64,000 nucleotides of DNA, from NCBI GenBank assembly GCA_963768055.1, contig CAVYGN010000001.1, positions 672,001 to 736,000 of the forward strand, read 5' to 3'. This DNA comes from an uncultured Spirochaetota bacterium. GTDB taxonomy: Bacteria > Spirochaetota > Brevinematia > Brevinematales > JAOACQ01. The position numbers were made by a program, and so were the translations under genes. Under the pieces are notes generated by a model. The model worked only from the letters and a program-made list of their open reading frames with translations. It made no database searches and was not told the DNA's origin. The first letter of the stretch is position 1. Each line of letters starts with the position of its first letter. Positions 32,661 through 44,014 of this stretch are shown here, in pieces.

Positions 32661-33611
32661 TTATTTCGGAAACATCGATATAAGTGCGTCCTGGTACCCC
32701 GGAACAGCGCTGTGATCATGATCGTATCCGTGAAGGATGTCCTGGGTCAGCTGAAAATTGGGGTAATTGCGGTTCCTTATCTGATTCACCCAAATGGGAT
32801 CGTAGGCGATCATCCATTCGTTATCGCTGACCGAGGTGAATAGGGTGCAGTTCAAATCGCTGTTATTCTCCGCATAGGTTGCTTCCATATTCGATATACT
32901 CGTGTCGTCCCACGGGAAGGCGGCCGGACTCAGAGACAGAAATTTGTGAAACATATCCCGGTGATTAAACATATTGTACAGCGAAAAAAGCCCTCCTAAG
33001 GAATGGCCGCCGAGACAGCGGTTGTCCGGGGTCGGGATCGTACGGTAATTGGAATCTATGTAGGGAATGAGCTTGTTTTTGATAAACGCCGCGAAGTTTT
33101 CCGCGCCCCCTGAGCCGGGGAAATTTCCGGTAGGATCGGCAGCCTGAATCAGATCGCGGCACCGGCTTGGGGACGTTCCCGTATAACCGTTTTGGTAAGC
33201 CTCGATCGGGCAAATTGCAACGAGGATGATCGGTTTCATGACCCCGGCCAACACTTGGGCATGGATCCAGCTTCGCACCGGATCAAAATGCCAGTTGGCG
33301 TCCGTAATATAGAGGGTCGTATAGGAAGTGCCCGTATCGGTTGCATAACCGTCGGGTAGATCGATAAAAACATAGTAGTAATCCTGAACGACATCCGAAT
33401 ACATGGTGATCGGATTCGAAACAGAACTTGACGATGATGAACTGTTAGAACTCGATGATGACGTTGATACAGAATTTACAGAGGATGAGGATGAACCGGA
33501 AGAATTAACCAGATTACATCCGGCTAAAATAGAATAAACAACCGTCATAAATATAACCAATCTGATTGAATGTGACATACTTTTATAATCCCCAAAAATA
33601 TCCTTGAGCAC
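32661..33611 (-). CDS. Alpha/beta-fold esterase (IroE/BesA-like), putative lipoprotein with Ser-rich linker
   Basis: 'ILAGC' lipobox, poly-Ser, 'GGAENF..FI...LIPYID', 'GHSLGG'. Confidence 0.75.
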   Translation of the reverse strand: MLKDIFGDYKSMSHSIRLVIFMTVVYSILAGCNLVNSSGSSSSSVNSVSTSSSSSNSSSSSSSVSNPITMYSDVVQDYYYVFIDLPDGYATDTGTSYTTLYITDANWHFDPVRSWIHAQVLAGVMKPIILVAICPIEAYQNGYTGTSPSRCRDLIQAADPTGNFPGSGGAENFAAFIKNKLIPYIDSNYRTIPTPDNRCLGGHSLGGLFSLYNMFNHRDMFHKFLSLSPAAFPWDDTSISNMEATYAENNSDLNCTLFTSVSDNEWMIAYDPIWVNQIRNRNYPNFQLTQDILHGYDHDHSAVPGYQDALISMFPK

Positions 33612-33643
33612 CCTATTATGTCAGAAATTCTTACTATCGGCAC

Positions 33644-36197
33644 TGCCGTCCGGCAGGTTTAGTGACCCAGGGTCGGCGTTTTTAGTGACCCGCCCCCCTG
33701 TCTACCTTCAGTATAGCCTTTTCAGATTTTCAGGTCAAAGATTTTAACTTATTTTTCTTGATGAAATTATTCAACCTGAAACTTTTACCATCAATAACTA
33801 TTTTAACCGAACCGTCTATCAAGCGGTCCATAATCGCACTTCCAATTAAGGGATTAGAAAAAACCGCAGACCATTCAGATATATCTCGGTTGCTCGTAAT
33901 AATGGTCGAGGCTTTGGTATACCGTCCATTAATAACTTCATATAGATCATCCTGCTGCTGCTGATTTAAATCCTGAAGCCCAAAGTCATCAAGAATGAGA
34001 AGTTCGATTTTGAAGATGTTTTTCAGCTTTAAATTATAACTTCCATTGCCTCTTGCGGCGTTCAAGGAGCGCAGGAGCAAAACAGTGTTCTTAAACACTA
34101 CCTCATGGCCTCTCCGGATAGCCTCATGTCCGATCGATTGAGCCAGGTGCGACTTTCCGACCCCGGAATGGCCTAAAAAAAAGATGTTTTCTTTGTTTTT
34201 AAGGAAATAACAGGTTGCCAGTTCCTTTATAACAGCTTCATTAATCTGAGGATTAAAACTAAAGTTGAAACTTTCCAGTGTTTTGTCATATTCAAGACCG
34301 CTCTTTTTTAACCTGATTTTCATAGCTCGCTGTTCCCTTCTTTCTGATTCTTCAAGCAGTAGACCGAGCAGGAAATCAGTATATGATGTCTTTTCATTCT
34401 GGGCCTTCTGGATATGATAATCAAGATTTTCCAATACCCCCGAGAGTTTCAAATGTTTAAGCCGGGGTATTAATTGTGCCCTGTCGTCCATAATATTTTC
34501 CTCCTCCTATAATTTGAAGTAACTGCTATCCCTGGCATACTTGAACGGTAGGTAAGTTTTAGGTGGATGATTCTCGTCATAAGGCTCTTTCAGATCAAGC
34601 TCTTTAACCAGGATGCTCTTTACACTTGTATAGTTCGGAGTATCATAGAAAATTGCCCTCCTGCAGGCCGCTTCTAAGCGCTCTTTCGGATATTTCTTAG
34701 AAAGGAACAAAATACCTCTCGCAGAACGGAACCCGTCTATCTGTCTATTTGAAAGTATCCTTTCAACAACTTCCAGTGTCGTTTTTCCTATGTTTCCAGC
34801 CCAGGTAAGCAGGGATTGTGATGTTTCTGCCATATATTCTTCTTTGTAGGGCGGCGCGTGAAGGGGATTATGTGTATATTTCCATTTTATTCCGGATTTC
34901 TCATGAAGCGCTATCAATTCGTACCCGGAATATACTTTTACAGACTTTGAATCTGCGCAGACCATTACTTCCTGGCCGATATACTTGTAAGGGACGCTAT
35001 AGTATGAGCTGTCGTACTGAATCAGCCATTCGGGCCTTACAACGCAGGTTTTCCAGTTTATCATATCCCAATCTGTTAAAGGGAGCTTTGAGAGGGTCTT
35101 TGATTCTTCAATAAACATTTCGCAGGGGGATCTTCCTACGCCATGAATAATTCTGATATCTGCCGTGTCTTCATCCCATTTTTTAAGCGACTCTTCAAGA
35201 TCAATTGATATGGGTATTTTGTGGCCTTTCTGTTCCTGTTTCTCGATGAAATACGGCCAGAAGTTTCTTTTAATATATTTGATATCATTCTCTACGCCGC
35301 CCTTGTGTTCCGGTTTCCCGGGAAGACATGGACTGATCATGAAATCGTAATACTTGGCCATTTCAAGAAAACTTCGATTAAAGATAGGGTCATAAAATGC
35401 GGCTTTTACAACGGCCGATTTCAGGTTGTCCGGCACGATCTTCTTCGGTATTCCTCCAAAGTGATGAAAAGAATGTATGATGCATAGAAAAAATGTCTCT
35501 TTTTTCTGGTTATAGACCACCTCGCGATATGCCTTACGGCTCTTTCTAAGCCTGCCGGAGAATACCCAGGCTTTTCTGTTCCTGCATTCCAGCGGATCAT
35601 AGACTATGCCGAGATATCCGAAATCCACTTCCATAACCCCGTCTTCAAGGGGTCTGATCATCACGCTTGGTTTCAAAGCAGGAAATTTTCTCTGTATATA
35701 CCGCCGGACGGTTGTTTCGGATATATTTGCACAATCAGAAAATTCACTGATCAGCTTGTGAATAACCACATAACTTTTTTCATCTTCCCTGTATTTTTTT
35801 AGTTTCTCAATATGATTATCCAGGATGTGAGGTTTTCCTTTGATATTTTCCGGCTCATTATATGCCAGGTCCATTTCTTTTTCTGTGGGCACGTCTGATG
35901 ACGATGAAAGCCATTCCTTTTTATCGCCTATATCCTTTATTTTTCTTATGACTTCCCGGTGTGTCCCGGTTTCTTTGTGGATATTTCTGATAGATTCGCC
36001 TTTCTTTAGCCGGGTCAATATTTCGATGAGTTGTGCCATGGTTTTTACCCTCGCCATTCATTCCCCTCCTGTGTGATTTCAAAAATTATATCACATCAGG
36101 TGGGTCACTAAATACGCCGGGGGGTGGGTCACTTAAAGTGCCGATAGGTGGGTCGTTATTTTTGCCGACCCTGGGTCACTTGGGGTGCCGGATTGCA
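33644..36197 (-). mobile_element. IS21-family element A (istA 34507-36057, istB 33730-34491)
   Basis: IstA 'VDFG', 'PDNLKS', 'KGGVE'; IstB 'GHSGVGKS', 'LDDFG', 'TSN'; ends TGCCGTCCGGCA..AGTGACCCAGGGTCGGC and TGCAATCCGGCA..AGTGACCCAGGGTCGGC with internal GTGACCC repeats. Confidence 0.92.
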
Positions 36198-36631
36198 CTT
36201 ACCGTTCTATAGAATTAGAAAGCTAAACATTTTAGCGCGAGCCTCATATATTTCAAATTTTAATTTTTACTGTTAATAATACCAAATATTAATAATTAAT
36301 ATGAAATAAAAATAAATAATATTTTTATATTTTAAATCATTGCTGTCTAAATTAGGAAAAATTTAAAAGCAGTTCATTATCAGCAGGTTTAGAACTTTTA
36401 CTATGAAACGGGGAATTCAGCCAATCCCACAAGTTTCTACGGGCAAAAACGCCATTCCACAAGTTTCAAACATTGTTCAAATTTAGACAAAGTAATTTCT
36501 AACCTTTTGTGCCTGCATTCTCCAGCATTTGGGAGGCATTGAATTGATGGGGGGATGAGAAAATTAGCAAAACAAATGTTGAGTAATTCATTCCAGAATG
36601 GCATAATATTGCAAAATATGAGGGTATTTAA

Positions 36632-37111
36632 ATGAACAAAGGTTTAAGCAATCTCATTTTATCACTAAAAAATTCGCCTTATATCATTCAAGATTTTCTG
36701 GTTCAAATTCCAAATGACAAACTTGATATTATAAGGAATAAGGATGCCTGGTCTATTAGACAGCATCTTTATCATATGGCTGGCGGTCAGGAGATGCTTT
36801 ATGAACGGATATTATCAATCAAAAATGATACAAATCCAAAAATAATGCCATATATCCCTACTAAAGAAGCTGAAGAAAAAAGGAAATTCAATTCCATAGA
36901 AGATGCTATCTCAAAATACATTGAGATTAGGGAAAAACAAATTTCTATTATTGAATCATTGTCTTCCGAAGAATTATTAAAAAAAGCCGAACATCTTGAG
37001 TATAAAAGATACAATATAATAATTTTGTTGAATCACATATTATTTCATGATTATTGGCATATGTATAGGATAGAAGAAATATTGCTTCTGAGAGATGAGT
37101 ATTTTATTTAA
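36632..37111 (+). CDS. DinB family protein
   Basis: 'WSIRQHLYHM', 'HILFHDYWH'. Confidence 0.8.
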   Translation: MNKGLSNLILSLKNSPYIIQDFLVQIPNDKLDIIRNKDAWSIRQHLYHMAGGQEMLYERILSIKNDTNPKIMPYIPTKEAEEKRKFNSIEDAISKYIEIREKQISIIESLSSEELLKKAEHLEYKRYNIIILLNHILFHDYWHMYRIEEILLLRDEYFI

Positions 37112-37189
37112 AGGTTTTCCACTCCTCCTGCTTTGCCTGCTGTGAGGGAATGGGGCAGGGTTGATGGGTGTAATTGATTAAGAGGTAAT

Positions 37190-37510
37190 ATGAAATATAC
37201 TTTTTTATCTTTAGCTATTTTATTTAATATAACAGCATATATAATTTTTAAATCTATATCTGGAAAGCAAAACAATCTACTGTGGTACATAATATTTTGT
37301 TCGGGTTTGATTATTGCGGGTATTAACACATTCTTTTTTACAAAGTCTTTAAAAGATTTAAACTTGGGAATTGCTTACCCAATATTTTCAGGTATAAGTA
37401 TTGCACTTATAATTTTTGTTTCAGTTTTTGTATTTAATGAAAAAATGAATTTGATCAATATATTTGGTGCTCTCATAATTATCATTGGGATTGTTTTATT
37501 AACAAGGTGA
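37190..37510 (+). CDS. SMR/DMT family small transporter
   Basis: 106 aa, four TM segments, 'LGIAYPIFSG', 'FNEK'. Confidence 0.75.
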   Translation: MKYTFLSLAILFNITAYIIFKSISGKQNNLLWYIIFCSGLIIAGINTFFFTKSLKDLNLGIAYPIFSGISIALIIFVSVFVFNEKMNLINIFGALIIIIGIVLLTR

Positions 37511-37614
37511 ATTTTTCGCTTCCATTCCCTGTGTGCCTGCCTTCTTAGTCTGGTTTGATAAAAGTGCCGGGAGGGGATAGAATAAGGGAAAAATTGTTTA
37601 TTGGGGTTTTATAG

Positions 37615-38379
37615 ATGGAATTAATACAATTGAATCTTAGCGTAACCAATTGCTTTTTAATCAAGACAAAGAAACAATATGTTTTATTTGATACTGGCTA
37701 TGAGGAAGATTGGGAACTATTTTGTAAAAGATTAAAAGAAGTTAATGTAGATATCTCTGAAATCAGCCATATTATTCTTACCCATCATCACGATGACCAT
37801 TGTGGATTGGTGCATAAAATATTAGAAAAAAATAGTGATATCAAGATTGTGATGCATAATCTTGCGAAAGAGCTTATATCATCAGGTATGAATGATCAAA
37901 CTCATGGAGGAGGATTGATAAATAAACGGATGAATTTTTTAATCGGATTTAAACAATTTTATATTTCTGTTATATTGAGAAAGAATATTGATAAAAATAA
38001 TAATTTAAAATTTCCTCCTTATAAGGTTAGAGATAATGATATTATTGTTCAAAACGAAGTGACTTTAAAAGAAATCGGTATTGAATTGGAAGGGAGGATT
38101 ATTGAAACACCAGGGCATACAATAGATTCTATATCTCTTTTATTTGATGATGGTGATTGCATTGTAGGAGATGCTGCCGCAAACTTTTTTCAATTTGCTG
38201 GAATAAAGTATTGTGTTGTTTTTGTTAATGATTTAGATATTTATTACAAAAGCTGGGAAAAACTTATTTCAATGAATGCTCTAAAAATATATCCTGCTCA
38301 TGGAAAACCGTTTGGCATTGAAAAGTTAAAGGAAAATATAGGGAAGAATAAAAAAAAGCATATGGTAATGAATTCATAG
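37615..38379 (+). CDS. MBL-fold metallo-hydrolase
   Basis: 'THHHDDHCG', 'PGHT', 'GD', 'PAHG'. Confidence 0.85.
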   Translation: MELIQLNLSVTNCFLIKTKKQYVLFDTGYEEDWELFCKRLKEVNVDISEISHIILTHHHDDHCGLVHKILEKNSDIKIVMHNLAKELISSGMNDQTHGGGLINKRMNFLIGFKQFYISVILRKNIDKNNNLKFPPYKVRDNDIIVQNEVTLKEIGIELEGRIIETPGHTIDSISLLFDDGDCIVGDAAANFFQFAGIKYCVVFVNDLDIYYKSWEKLISMNALKIYPAHGKPFGIEKLKENIGKNKKKHMVMNS

Positions 38380-38521
38380 CTGTAGTTTCAAATAAACAAG
38401 CTCTTCCTCTCTCCTTTGCATCCCTCATTGTCCAGCTTTGTCATTCTCCACAGAAATTTTGATAAAACTAAAGAACGGGATTAAAATATTGAATATCATT
38501 CCTTTTAAAACAGAGTCAAAT

Positions 38522-38872
38522 ATGGAACCAAGATTATCTTTTAAAGTAAGGACAGAATATCGGGAATGGCTTATAAAAAATAGTAATAAAATAGAAATAA
38601 TATGGATAGAGTTTTATAAAGACGGAACTAAGGGCATTTCTTATGACGAAGCGCTGGAAGAATCATTATGTTTTGGCTGGATTGATTCACTGATAAATAA
38701 AGTAGATGAAAGAATTTATATAAGGAAATATTCAATAAGAAAGAAGAACAGCAAATGGTCTGATAGGAATAAAGAATTAGCGGATGAGTTGATTAAAAGA
38801 GGATTAATGACTGAATACGGTTTAAAATCCATAGCGGAAGCTAAGAAGAACGGCCAATGGAATGAGAAATAA
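38522..38872 (+). CDS. YdeI/OmpD-associated family protein (N-terminal part)
   Basis: 'EALEESLCFGWIDS', 'SKWSDRNK', 'GLMTEYG'. Confidence 0.75.
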   Translation: MEPRLSFKVRTEYREWLIKNSNKIEIIWIEFYKDGTKGISYDEALEESLCFGWIDSLINKVDERIYIRKYSIRKKNSKWSDRNKELADELIKRGLMTEYGLKSIAEAKKNGQWNEK

Positions 38873-38971
38873 TAAAGAAACTCATTTGACCCTTTCCACC
38901 CCTTCTGCTTTACCTGCTGAGGGATGGAGGATTATATAGGGGAAGAATTGGAAAGGTAAAAAAGGGTATTT

Positions 38972-39307
38972 ATGAAAGAAGGACAAAGAGTAAAATTATC
39001 TGGTGGATATGACATGGATCCAAAATATCTTTCTGGGAAAGATTATCTCACAGGATATTTCATAAAATTTATTCCTGGACAAAACGGAAAAAAAGCAGCT
39101 GTAATTAAACTTGATGAACCTATTTTAATAGAAAATTATATAGGAGAAATTTGTGTTTTGGAATTAAGATATGTTGGTTCTCAATGGGGTAAAGAAAATA
39201 TATGTCATATAGAATTATGTAATTTTATCCCTGATGATATTAAATGGAATGATAGAAAACAAGGGAAATGGATTGAATCAAATTGTAGTGTTGAATTTAT
39301 TAAATAA
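38972..39307 (+). CDS. Hypothetical protein
   Basis: 111 aa ORF bracketed by two repeats. Confidence 0.6.
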   Translation: MKEGQRVKLSGGYDMDPKYLSGKDYLTGYFIKFIPGQNGKKAAVIKLDEPILIENYIGEICVLELRYVGSQWGKENICHIELCNFIPDDIKWNDRKQGKWIESNCSVEFIK

Positions 39308-39399
39308 TTCTTACCCTTTTGCTTTGCCTGCCTTCTTAGGTTTGATAAAAGTGCCAGGAGAGGATAGAATATATCCAAATAATTTTGGAGGATAATACA

Positions 39400-40152
39400 A
39401 TGGCTGAGCTGGGAATTAAGGGTAAATTTGCTTTGATTACAGGTAGTGCTCGTGGTATTGGGCGTTGCATCGCTGAAAAATTAGCAGAGGAAGGAAGTTC
39501 TTTAATTATCACTGATATTAATGAAGAAATGGCCAGAAAGACTGCCGATGAAATATCCAAAAAATATAAAGTTGAAACATATGCTTTAAAACATGATGTT
39601 TCATCTGAAGAATCGACAAAAAAAGTTGTTGATAATATAGTAATGAAATATTCAAGGGTAGATATTCTTATCAATAATGCAGGAATTACCAAGGATGCAA
39701 GGCTTATGATGATGCCGAAATCTTCCTGGGATCTGGTTATCTCTATTAATTTAACAGGTGCTTTTCTTTGCACTAAATATATATCAAAGCAAATGCTGAA
39801 GCAGAATAGTGGGAGCATTGTTAATATTGCATCTGTTGTTGGAATTATGGGAAATGTCGGTCAGGCAAATTATTCTGCATCAAAGGCAGGACTCATCGGC
39901 TTAACAAAAACAACAGCCAAAGAATTGTCTACAAGAGGAATTACTGTAAATGCAATTGCACCAGGTTATATTCATTCAGATATGACCGAAGTTTTATCAG
40001 AAGAAGTTTCTCAAAAAATGATGGAAAGAATACCATTGAACAAATATGGAACTCCTGAAGAAGTAGCTGATGCAGTATTGTTTTTAGTCTCAAACAGGGC
40101 AAAATATATAACCGGTCAAGTTTTGAATGTTGATGGCGGGATGATAATGTAA
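39400..40152 (+). CDS. fabG: 3-oxoacyl-ACP reductase (FabG-like SDR)
   Basis: 'TGSARGIG', 'NNAGITKD', 'GNVGQANYSASKAG', 'YITGQVLNVDGG'. Confidence 0.8.
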   Translation: MAELGIKGKFALITGSARGIGRCIAEKLAEEGSSLIITDINEEMARKTADEISKKYKVETYALKHDVSSEESTKKVVDNIVMKYSRVDILINNAGITKDARLMMMPKSSWDLVISINLTGAFLCTKYISKQMLKQNSGSIVNIASVVGIMGNVGQANYSASKAGLIGLTKTTAKELSTRGITVNAIAPGYIHSDMTEVLSEEVSQKMMERIPLNKYGTPEEVADAVLFLVSNRAKYITGQVLNVDGGMIM

Positions 40153-40195
40153 ATATTCAGGGGTGAAATTTAAAAGGCCAGTTGAGGAGGCAAAT

Positions 40196-40567
40196 ATGGA
40201 CCCGGTATTTCGTTTTGAATTGCCAGCAAATGATATGAAAAGGGCCAAATCTTTTTATGAAAAAGTTTTCGGATGGGTTATTGATTCCGGATATGACAGA
40301 TATTATTGGGCCCAAACCACAACATCTGATGATAAAAGGAAATCCCAAAATCTTGGTGAAATCAATGGCGCAATTCAATTCAAAGATGAAACGATTACTT
40401 CGATAAGAATCGCAATTAATGTATCAAATCTTGATGAAACTTTAAAAAAAATCCTGGCCGAAGGTGGCAGGATTTTTATTCCGAAAAAGAAAATTCCAGG
40501 AAGTTATTATTCTGTGATATATGATACAGAGGGTAATGAAATATTGTTAGTTGAGAAGATTATTTAA
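40196..40567 (+). CDS. VOC/glyoxalase family protein
   Basis: 'FELPANDMKRAKSFYEKVFGW', 'DTEGN'. Confidence 0.8.
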   Translation: MDPVFRFELPANDMKRAKSFYEKVFGWVIDSGYDRYYWAQTTTSDDKRKSQNLGEINGAIQFKDETITSIRIAINVSNLDETLKKILAEGGRIFIPKKKIPGSYYSVIYDTEGNEILLVEKII

Positions 40568-40633
40568 GATATTGTGCTTCCACCCCTCTGCTTTGTCTGC
40601 CTATCAAGAATTGTGATGAGGAGAGATTGGTGT

Positions 40634-41092
40634 ATGATTATAAGAAGGTATGATTTAAAAGATGTAAATGAAGTCTTAGACCTCCATATAGTTGCAATGA
40701 AAAATATTGGCGCTTATAAGGGTGAAGGACCTTGGGATGATGATTTGAAAAATATCGAAGATACATACATAAACAATAAGGGTGAATTTTTAGTAGGTGT
40801 TTTAAATGGTAAAATCATAGCGATGGGAGCATTTAAGAAAATTGATAATGCTACGGCTGAAATAAAAAGAATGAGAGTATATCCTGAATACCAGGGAAAT
40901 GGTTATGGAAAAATGATACTTAATAAACTTTATAAAATTGCTATTAATAATAATTATAAATATTTTATTTTGGAAACATCCACAATTCAATTATATGCTC
41001 AAAAATTATATGAAAATTTTGGTTTTAAAGAATTTAAAAGAGAAAAAATAGATGGTTTTGACTGTATTTGGTACAAAATGGCATTAACTTGA
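40634..41092 (+). CDS. GNAT acetyltransferase
   Basis: 'AEIKRMRVYPEYQGNGYG', 'AQKLYENFGF'. Confidence 0.85.
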   Translation: MIIRRYDLKDVNEVLDLHIVAMKNIGAYKGEGPWDDDLKNIEDTYINNKGEFLVGVLNGKIIAMGAFKKIDNATAEIKRMRVYPEYQGNGYGKMILNKLYKIAINNNYKYFILETSTIQLYAQKLYENFGFKEFKREKIDGFDCIWYKMALT

Positions 41093-41188
41093 TTCTCGCC
41101 ATCACGCAACATTCCATTCCAATGCCTGCCTGCCTTTTTCAGCTTTTGCCATTCTCCGTTGAAATTTTGATAAAAGCGCCAGGAGGGG

Positions 41189-42784
41189 CGGTTTTTGTCA
41201 AGGGAGTTGTCGCTTTTATTTTACGCCGCAACCAACGATTCCTTGTTAGTCTTACTCGGGTTTAAAAATACCGATTCTATCCGTTCCCATTTTTTAGATT
41301 CTCCTGACCATCTTTCAGGATGTCTGCTTTTTGCAGCCGCATAAGTTTCCGCTCTCTTCAGGAGTATCGCCTTATCTTTACCTTCATGTCTCTGTGCTGG
41401 TGTGACATATCCGATCCCTGAATGAAGATGTTTATTATTATACCAGTCTACAAAATTTTGCATCCATATTTCTACCGATTCCATTGTCTCGAAATTGCCT
41501 GGGTATTTCACATTATATTTCAATGTTTTAAACAATGATTCTGAGTAAGGGTTATCGTTACTTACACTCGGCCTTGAAAACGACGGCATAACCTGTAACC
41601 TCTGCAAGGTCGCTAACATCGTAGCCCCTTTCATAGGAGAACCATTATCAGAATGTAAATACAAGCCTTTCAAATCAATGGTTTCTCCGATCTCTGCCAC
41701 CATTCTTGCGGCATGATCAGAGCTTTCCTCCTCGTGCATTTTCCAGCCGACTATCTTACGGCTCCAGACATCTTCGATCATATAGAGGTAGAAATACTTA
41801 CCTTTTATATGACTGGATATATATGTAATATCCCAACTCCATACCTGATTAGGACCCGTCGCTTCCAGTTCTCTTGGCGTTTTCCTTGCCGTTTTCGGCT
41901 TCGTTTCGTATCTATGGTGCAGCAAATCATTGTCCTTTAAAACGCGGTAAAAAGATGATTCTGATGCTATATACCGACCTTCCTCTGCCAGCATGGGCAC
42001 TATTTCATTCGGCGTCATATCTCTAAATCTCTCGCTGCAACAGCAGGAGATGATCTCCTCCCTTTCTTCGGCCGACAGGGCATTTGAAGGCATTACATTT
42101 CTCAATTTTCTTCTGTCTCCCTCAAGATTTTTATTCCAGCGCTGTATGGTCCTTATATCATAGCCAGATTCTTCACAAGCCTTATCCCTGCTGGCCCCTG
42201 TCGTAACAGCCTCATTAATCAAGGCACAGATATCTATGCGTATATCCAATGGAGTTAATCTTCCTCGATCCCGAACAGCTTGTTCAGTTTTTTTTTAAGC
42301 ACCAGCAGAGAAGTAACCTCGGCTATAGTTTTATCCTTACGGTTAATTTCTTTTTCTAACTCTATGATTTTTGCTTTCAAACCCTTGTTTTCTTCTCTGT
42401 ATGAGTTATTAGATATCACTGATAAACACTCCTGTTTCCAGAGTTCGATATGAGTCGACTGGAGACCATTTTTTCTCAACCACTGTCCTAACTCTTCTCC
42501 CGATTGGCTTGCTGCGTCTACTACCGCCTGATATTTATCAGATAATTTCCAGCCTCTCGGGCTTCTATCCTGGAATCCTCTGGATACATTATTCTGGATC
42601 ATTTTCCTCCAGTTGTAAAGGGTTTGTTCACATACTCCTATTTCCTGGCTCAGTTCAGATACTGTTTTTCCTCCTGGCATACACATCTTTTGAACGATAG
42701 ATTTCCTGAATTCCTCTGAACGAATTTGACTATTCATTTTTTGTCTCCTAATATTTTAGGCGACAACTATCCTAACACACGGGG
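41189..42784 (-). mobile_element. IS3-family element, copy 2
   Basis: Same translated ORFs as copy 1; target duplication GGGG inside a junction-repeat promoter spacer. Confidence 0.95.
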
Positions 42785-42831
42785 GGGGATAGAATAAAGG
42801 AAAGTCAACAAATAAATTTTAAGGGGAAAAT

Positions 42832-43197
42832 ATGAAAATAAAAACCCGAGAACAAATTCCCTCTGAAGCTATTGTTGAGCGTTATGGAGTTAATAAAGAG
42901 CTTGTGATTGGTGAATATGATGATTCTAACCAGATTGTATTAAGAATAATAAGTCTTGATGTAAACAAGTTTATTCCTGTCCATATACATGATTTTCCTC
43001 ATATCTGGAAGATTGAAAAAGGTCTCGGCTTATTAACTGATAATGATGGTATTGAACATAGAGTAGAGGCAGGGCAATTCCTTTTTATTAAAAATAATGA
43101 AAAACATGGTATTAGAAACATTGGGGATGATAAACTTGAATATTTATGCTTCGGGACAATTGAAAGCGAAAAAATAGCTCCTCAAAAAGCTGATTAA
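42832..43197 (+). CDS. Cupin domain protein
   Basis: 'PVHIHDFPH...GLG', 'NEKHGIRN'. Confidence 0.75.
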   Translation: MKIKTREQIPSEAIVERYGVNKELVIGEYDDSNQIVLRIISLDVNKFIPVHIHDFPHIWKIEKGLGLLTDNDGIEHRVEAGQFLFIKNNEKHGIRNIGDDKLEYLCFGTIESEKIAPQKAD

Positions 43198-43238
43198 AAA
43201 GATTTTTGGAGTATTAATGGTTCGATTATACTGGAGGC

Positions 43239-43843
43239 ATGATGAGTAATGAAATACAATCCTTCGGTTCTAATCCGACTGGAATAAAAGGAAAATTTAC
43301 TGGTATTTTAATGAATATTATTCATGGCAATCAATATAAAAAAATTATTAAAAAATACATACTGAATAGAGTTAATTCAAGAGATGAGCTTAAAATATTA
43401 GATATTGGTTGTGGGGGAGGAAAAGCAGTAAATATTTTTTTGAAATTATTTCAAAAGTGTATGGTATTGACCATTCGGCTGATATGGTAGCTCTTTCAGG
43501 CAAAGTCAATAAAAAAGGCATTGAAGAAGGTAATGTTGAAATAACTCAGGGTGATATAATTTCACTTCCTTATTCAGATAGATATTTTGACATGATAACT
43601 GCTTTTGATACTGTAAATTTCTGGAATGATTTTAATAAAGCTATTTCTGAAATAATAAGAGTATTGAAAAAAGGCGGGGCTTTCATTATAGTAAACGCTT
43701 ATCCAAAAGAAGGGACAAAATGGTGGGATTTTGTAAAATTTAAAAATGAAGATGAATATAGTAAAGCATTGGCAAAACATAATTTTACGGATATCAATAT
43801 TACTACCGAAAAAAGCACTATAATAATACAGGCTATAAAATAG
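43239..43843 (+). pseudogene. SAM methyltransferase, frameshifted in T-run 43435-43441
   Basis: 'LDIGCGGG' in one frame, 'VYGIDHS...RVLKKGG' in the next. Confidence 0.75.
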
Positions 43844-44014
43844 TCTATAGCTCTTCCCCCCTCTGCTTTGCCTGCTATGAGGGATGTGGGAGGGGATAAA
43901 AGTAAAGAATAAATTGATAAGAGAGTAATGTGGAAAATGAAATCTTAAAATATGGGTTAAGAGGGAATTTTACTTTAATAGGGATTTTTAAATAAATAAT
44001 TTTAGAGGTTATTT

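Larger units (their letters stand above)
18950..43912 (+). repeat. Junction repeat family, array 2 (about 24 copies; approx. starts 18950, 21946, 22997, 24166, 25555, 26231, 27057, 27601, 27767, 28253, 29075, 29766, 30963, 32070, 32554, 36503, 37115, 37518, 38400, 38893, 39308, 40576, 41112, 43849)
   Basis: CTCTTCCnnnCCCTCTGCTTTGCC and/or TTTTGATAAAAGYGCCRGGAGGGGATAGAATAA between successive genes. Confidence 0.9.

Noticed and set aside
18950..43912. Junction repeats as a CRISPR array
   Set aside because: The spacers are whole genes of 0.3-1.3 kb, the repeats vary in length and sequence, and no cas genes are present.
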